This document shows positions 58,836 to 64,000 of a DNA stretch of 64,000 nt, one piece after another. The DNA lies in assembly GCF_009914755.1 (NCBI RefSeq), contig NC_060939.1; one strand, 5' to 3'. Every line of letters begins with the position of its first letter. Positions within the stretch are counted from its first letter, which is position 1. This DNA is from the human T2T-CHM13v2.0 reference genome, Homo sapiens. The translations under genes and the position numbers were made by a program. The notes beneath the pieces were generated by a model that made no database searches, was not told the DNA's origin, and was given only the letters and a program-made list of their open reading frames with translations.

Positions 58836-61800
58836 ATAACACTCCTCCTCTCCCTCACCTCCATTCTTAGTCCCTGGTTTGGGTGGAATATTTAAATTTT
58901 ATTAAATTTCAACTTGAGAGCTATTGTCTAAGGATCTATCTTTGGTGTTGTCAAGAACTAAACGAAGTTGCCACTAAATTGTTTGAATCAAATAAAAAAA
59001 CTATACAATTGACCTGAACCAACATTTTAATAATGACCAACTAAGCATGTATGCCAAAGTCAGAAGATTATATATGATTTCGGACTATTAGAGTAATATT
59101 TTGTGCATGAATACTGGACAGAAATCCAGGGATTTGCAGTGGGATTTAAGCCTAATTTAAAATTCTTTCTGAGTTCTGAGCAGATTTATAGGACCACCCT
59201 CCTGTAACAAGAAATGATGCCCAACAGCTATTATTTGGGCCACCGATAAACTAACCAAAAACATTTCCTATGCTATAACCTAAAAATGCTTTAGGATCCT
59301 AATATGATTGAAAAATTCTTACTGTATATATCTAAAACAATAAATTTTTACTTTTCGAAAAAGTAGTTGGAGCAAAATTTGTTGCTATTTCAATTATTTC
59401 AATAAAGAAATGTTTCATTTACTGGCTAAAAATTATTTAGAAATTTAACATAATCTGATGAAAGGACTACAAATTTAATGAATTAATCTCCACATTCTTC
59501 AAAGAAATCAATTATTTGAGATTTTCAATACAGAGCCAGTAATGGTCTTATTCTCTTTCTGTGCCCCAATTGCTTTTCTACCTGTGTACAGCACATCTGC
59601 CTTGTCTTATGATTCTTTCTGTTTGCATTTGGCACTGTCACTAGAATGTCAGTTCTGAGAAAATAAGTACCATATCTTACTTTTTATTTTTTTTAATCTT
59701 CCAGTGGTAGAAGCAGCAGCACTTAGCCCAGTGTAAGAGGTGAAAGGGTAAAAGAGGGGAGAAAGATTAGTGATCACTCAATATATTTATCCTTTAATTT
59801 ATTACACATTTAAAATTAGATGTAAATAAGAAATAGATTACTAAATTATCATGAAAATTTAAAGTGGGCAAGAATTAAAAGCCTTGCTGAAATAAAAGAG
59901 AAATACACCTCACTTCCCTCTCATTCTCTATCACTAAAAAAAAATGGCCTCCAGAACCAATTTGATTTAATGTCTTTCTAGGTGATTTCAAGGAACTGGT
60001 GGAAAATTTGGTTTATTGTAGAGGCCAACTATATAAGCAGACACAGTTACCACTGGTGACACTGGAAGGTTGATTGGCAGGGCATAGTGAAGACCAATTC
60101 TAGAGGAGCTGTGGCCCTCCATGACACCCATTTTTGTTCCCACCTGACTGCCAGCTAATCCATGCATGCCAAAAACTATAAACAGAAAAAAACAGTAATT
60201 CATAGTTGATATTGGTTTAAGGAATATCTGCATTAGAGACAAAAAGAGAAAAAGTCTTTAATAATTAAATGAGCTATACTAGAAAACAAGCAGTGGACTG
60301 ATAATTTTGGGGCAGGGGTCTGCCTACTAATATTGATCCTGGAGTTGGTGATCAGCACTGAAGGGAGGAGAGGGCATATGCATAGGAAGAGAGAACTGGG
60401 GAGAAGTCAAGAAAGTTGGTGAATCCACTCTCAATTCGTTTTAGTGCCAGTAGCCTGATCTTCAGGAGTCTTTTGGTATCTTACGGGGTCTCTAACTGTA
60501 CTTCTGACCATAGGCCTAGTTTATCTGGTTCATATTGAGGCAGCTCTCATAGGAAGGTCACTTGTAGGTGTTACATAGTTTCCTCCTTTGTTTGCATGAA
60601 TAATGAAGATATGCAAAATTTTAAAGGTTAATGACTTTTTTTTTTAATTAATTCAACCAAGTTATTTATACCTCCTTTTGCTAGACTAAGAATGCAATAG
60701 TAAGCAAATATACAGTCCATGCTTTTACAGAATTAACAGTTGGGAGTCAAGGGAGAACTCCAAGTCAGAGTGAGTAAGTTTAGGGCACATCGCAGGTTGT
60801 CAAACCCAACACAAGGAGAAGGGCATGGAAATCTTTTCTGAGAGGAAATAGCCTGAAGGATGAAAGGACAAAAGATAGAGGACAGATGTATTATCCTCAG
60901 AGGAAATGCTTTTTGTAGATGTTTGGTAGTAACAGTACTGCAAGATTGGGAAATGAAAAGTGATTTAACATCTTTCCAAGTATCAATGCTAAACTCACCA
61001 AGGTAAAGGTTTTTTTTCTATTAAAAATATAAGAACATTTACTCTTTATTAATTTGCATGCTTCGAATGATTGCTATGTTTATTAAAAACATAACTACCA
61101 GCAACTTAAATTAAATCTAAAAACATAGACTGTGAATTTGTTCACTGTGTATGCTCAATCTGGCAAGGGAAAACATCAATAATTAATAAAAAACTAATTA
61201 ATAATTAATTAATAAAAAAGAGAACCAATTTCTCAAAGTTCATACAATGTTTTTCCTTTAAAGGGAAATTTTAAAGGCATAATTCAATTGGAATAATATA
61301 TTTTTTCTGAATAACTGCATATTTTTCACTTTTTTATGATAAACAGTATGTTGTGTGTATTTTACAACAATAAAAATACATTCATACAAAACAGTAATGT
61401 TCATTTCGAACACATACAAAATGGTATACATTAAAATTGTTGTGTATGAAGTGAGAGGGGGGTACATGGGGAAAAGGCATAAGTGTGAAAAAAATGAATG
61501 AAATATTTTTTACTTTTTAATGCCTTTTCAATCTTTGACCATAAGTGTAACTTACCTATGTCAGCTGTTGACAAATAATCACTGTAAAATCGAAGTAATC
61601 TTTATGGAGTTTTTTCCCTAACAGTTTCTAAAATGTGAGAAAAATAATTTTGAGTCATATGTTTGGCATGTAAGGACAAAATTATGAAGGTTATCTACCA
61701 CATTCTTTAAGATAAGACATACTTTTACTACCATGAGCACTGGATCACCTGTTTCAACTATGTAATCAAGACACTCAGTAGTCAAGCAGCTGTGCATAGT

Positions 61801-62899
61801 TTTATGCCCTCTAATTCATGAAGTATGCTACTTTCATAAAACTACTGATATGTCTTTGTTTTTGCAAAATTAGGCTCACCTCCCTTCTTGTATAAATAAT
61901 GTGTTATAAAATAATGTTGGATGTTTAACAGGCACACAGAAGTGCTTTCAGCTTTGAAAAGATTCTGGCCAAATTTGGTCTTCAAATTTTCTCTTAACTG
62001 GCTGGAAGATGGCCAGATATTGAATAATAATAGATACCCCAAAGAAGATGAGCATAAATCTATATCATAGTTGCTATGTTGTAATTTAAAATTTATGATG
62101 TTTTGAAGTACTATTTAGTAGTTTATTAGATATTCAAATTAATATTACCACTAAAATCACTGCACTGTATAGAAGTAAATCTGTTACTGTTGCCATAAAT
62201 CTTTTAATTTAGTCTGCAAAATCTTACAATGTACAACTGGGAACATTTTTATTGAGTGAATAAATGTAAGTATATAATTAATGTTAATTCTTTAAAAATA
62301 CATATGCCAATATTGAAATTGGTACAGAGTACTTTATTCCATTCTGATTAATTCTCAAAATATCTCCATGCTGTAAGCTTGCAATTACACAGTTACTTCA
62401 TTTCACGGAAGAAAAAAAAGACCCTCAGGAAACTGGCCAGCTTAATAAGTTTGCTGGTATATAAATTCTAACTGTTTTAAAATTATACATGGGCCTGTTT
62501 TACTTCCTATTTAGATGTTGTTCATTTTAGTGAAGAAAGATTGGTGTTCAAAATTAGCCAGTGTTTCAGATGATCCTATCAAAAACCTTTGCATACAATG
62601 TTGATTGTTTTCTGAAAATATTTGAGTAGTCAGTTAACTTACAAAGATTAGATATTGCATAGTAGGTCTGATGAGTCCATTGTGTGATTAACATCATTGT
62701 ATATTAAGGAGCAAGAAGTTCATATATAGAATCTTGCTTTAAACCTTCCAGCTTTCCTTTTATCAACACAAGCTGGTTACTAAAAGACTGTGTAGAGGAA
62801 AAATGAGACATTCTTAAGTAAATTTTTTCCCTCAATGAAAACATGGGCCATTAGTATTAAGATAACAAAAATGACTACTACAACAAAAATTAAATGTGT

Positions 62900-63110
62900 G
62901 AGTGGTTTCTGTGTGCCTGGCACTGTGTTAAACACTTTATATACATTATTTAATTTAATCTTCACAGGGCTCTTATTAGGTGGGCAGACTTATGCTCATT
63001 TGCAGATGGGGGAGATTTGGCTCACAGAATTAAGTAACTTGCTCTAGGTTACATAGCTAGTAACTGTCAAAGTTGGGATGTGAATGCAAGTAGGTTTAAC
63101 TCCAAAGCAC
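62900..63110 (-). mobile_element. MIR SINE
   Basis: gtgcctggcactgtgttaaacacttta...ttgcagatg...ttaagtaacttgctctaggttacatagctagtaa. Confidence 0.75.
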
Positions 63111-64000
63111 AGCTTTAGTATCATCACATGTATCACTATACTGTCACTGGTGTTATTAAAACATCGCATATTACTTTGTATCAAGCAGTGGGATAATTTG
63201 CATCTGAAGAAATACAAATAACTGAAGTTTTCTTCTCTGTAATATGACCTAATGAATACTTGGCATTATCTTCAGCTTATTAAATAAAAACTTACTCCAA
63301 GTTTCCTTGTACAAAATATATCCATCTGTCTTCCCCTGAGAAGGCGTAGCAACCTTCAGTTTATTTTGCTTACACATTGCTAAGATGCTACAAAATTTAA
63401 CTTGGTTGTATTTTAAACACATTCCTGACATTTATTAAAACTATTTATACTTCTGTTCTTTAGGGTCTGGAAAATTGTTATAGAATGCATAATAATAATT
63501 ATCCAGACACTACATATATTATATATTAAATTGTATATATACAGTTTAATTTCAGATAATCTCAGATAACTTAGTCATATTTAGGAATGCCTAAAGATAA
63601 TTTCCTTCCCTAAAGCCACTAAATCCAAATACAAAGCAACACAAAAACAAATAAAAGAAACAGCAGAGAGTTTGTTTTAACAAGCATGTCTGAAGGATGG
63701 TGAAAAAGAAACAGTTTACTGGCAAATAGGTTCTTTCTTTTGTCCATGTCCTTAGTTTATTTTTAATCCTTTTAGGACTGCGCTCCACAAAAAGTAAGAG
63801 GCAAAAGAAAGGGAATAAAAATGATGAATTAATCCAAAGATAGTATATCTGGAATTCTATTTTAAGGATTTTTTTGGGGTGTGATTCTGGGTAAATCATA
63901 TCTCTGTTTCTCAATATTTTTCTGAAAACCAGACATGCATTATTTGTGACCTGATTAACTTTAGGTTCTTTCAGTGTCTTAAGAATATCTTAGAAGGTTT

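Noticed and set aside
50933-64000. Further FGF7 coding exons
   Set aside because: No ORF continuing the FGF core (NIMEIRTVAVG...) was seen. The intron extends past the window.

Overview
This is AT-rich hominid (most likely human) genomic DNA containing the 5' end of FGF7 (keratinocyte growth factor) on the + strand. It includes the promoter (~49534-49590), non-coding exon 1 (~49590-49789), first coding exon (50381-50932, ATG at 50647) and the first ~13 kb of the next intron. From recalled human annotation, not from this sequence, the locus lies inside a large intron of the minus-strand gene FAM227B. The ~49 kb upstream is mostly transposon-derived: a full-length L1PA2-like LINE-1 (22341-28377) with TSDs, dead ORF1, ~996 intact ORF2 codons and an open antisense ORF0; several older L1s; three Alus; THE1/MST/MLT1/ERV1 solo LTRs; a deleted Tigger1; and MER5, MIR and L2 remnants. 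Most tracked ORFs are L1/Alu fragments or chance ORFs. I found no new multi-gene system. The strongest leads are: (1) an FGF7 5' leader with 7 upstream AUGs in 5 uORFs, including a UAAUG stop-start overlap on the FGF7 start and an in-frame 46-codon uORF separated from the CDS by a single UGA-C; (2) a perfect AGGTCA-n-TGACCT (IR-1) palindrome that contains that UGA; (3) a 168-bp templated insertion with duplicated junction sequence; (4) an L1 ORF0/antisense promoter oriented with the host gene; and (5) a CTCF-like motif next to a Z-DNA-prone microsatellite ~1.1 kb upstream of FGF7. Repeat subfamily names come from recognition by eye, and boundaries without TSDs are approximate.
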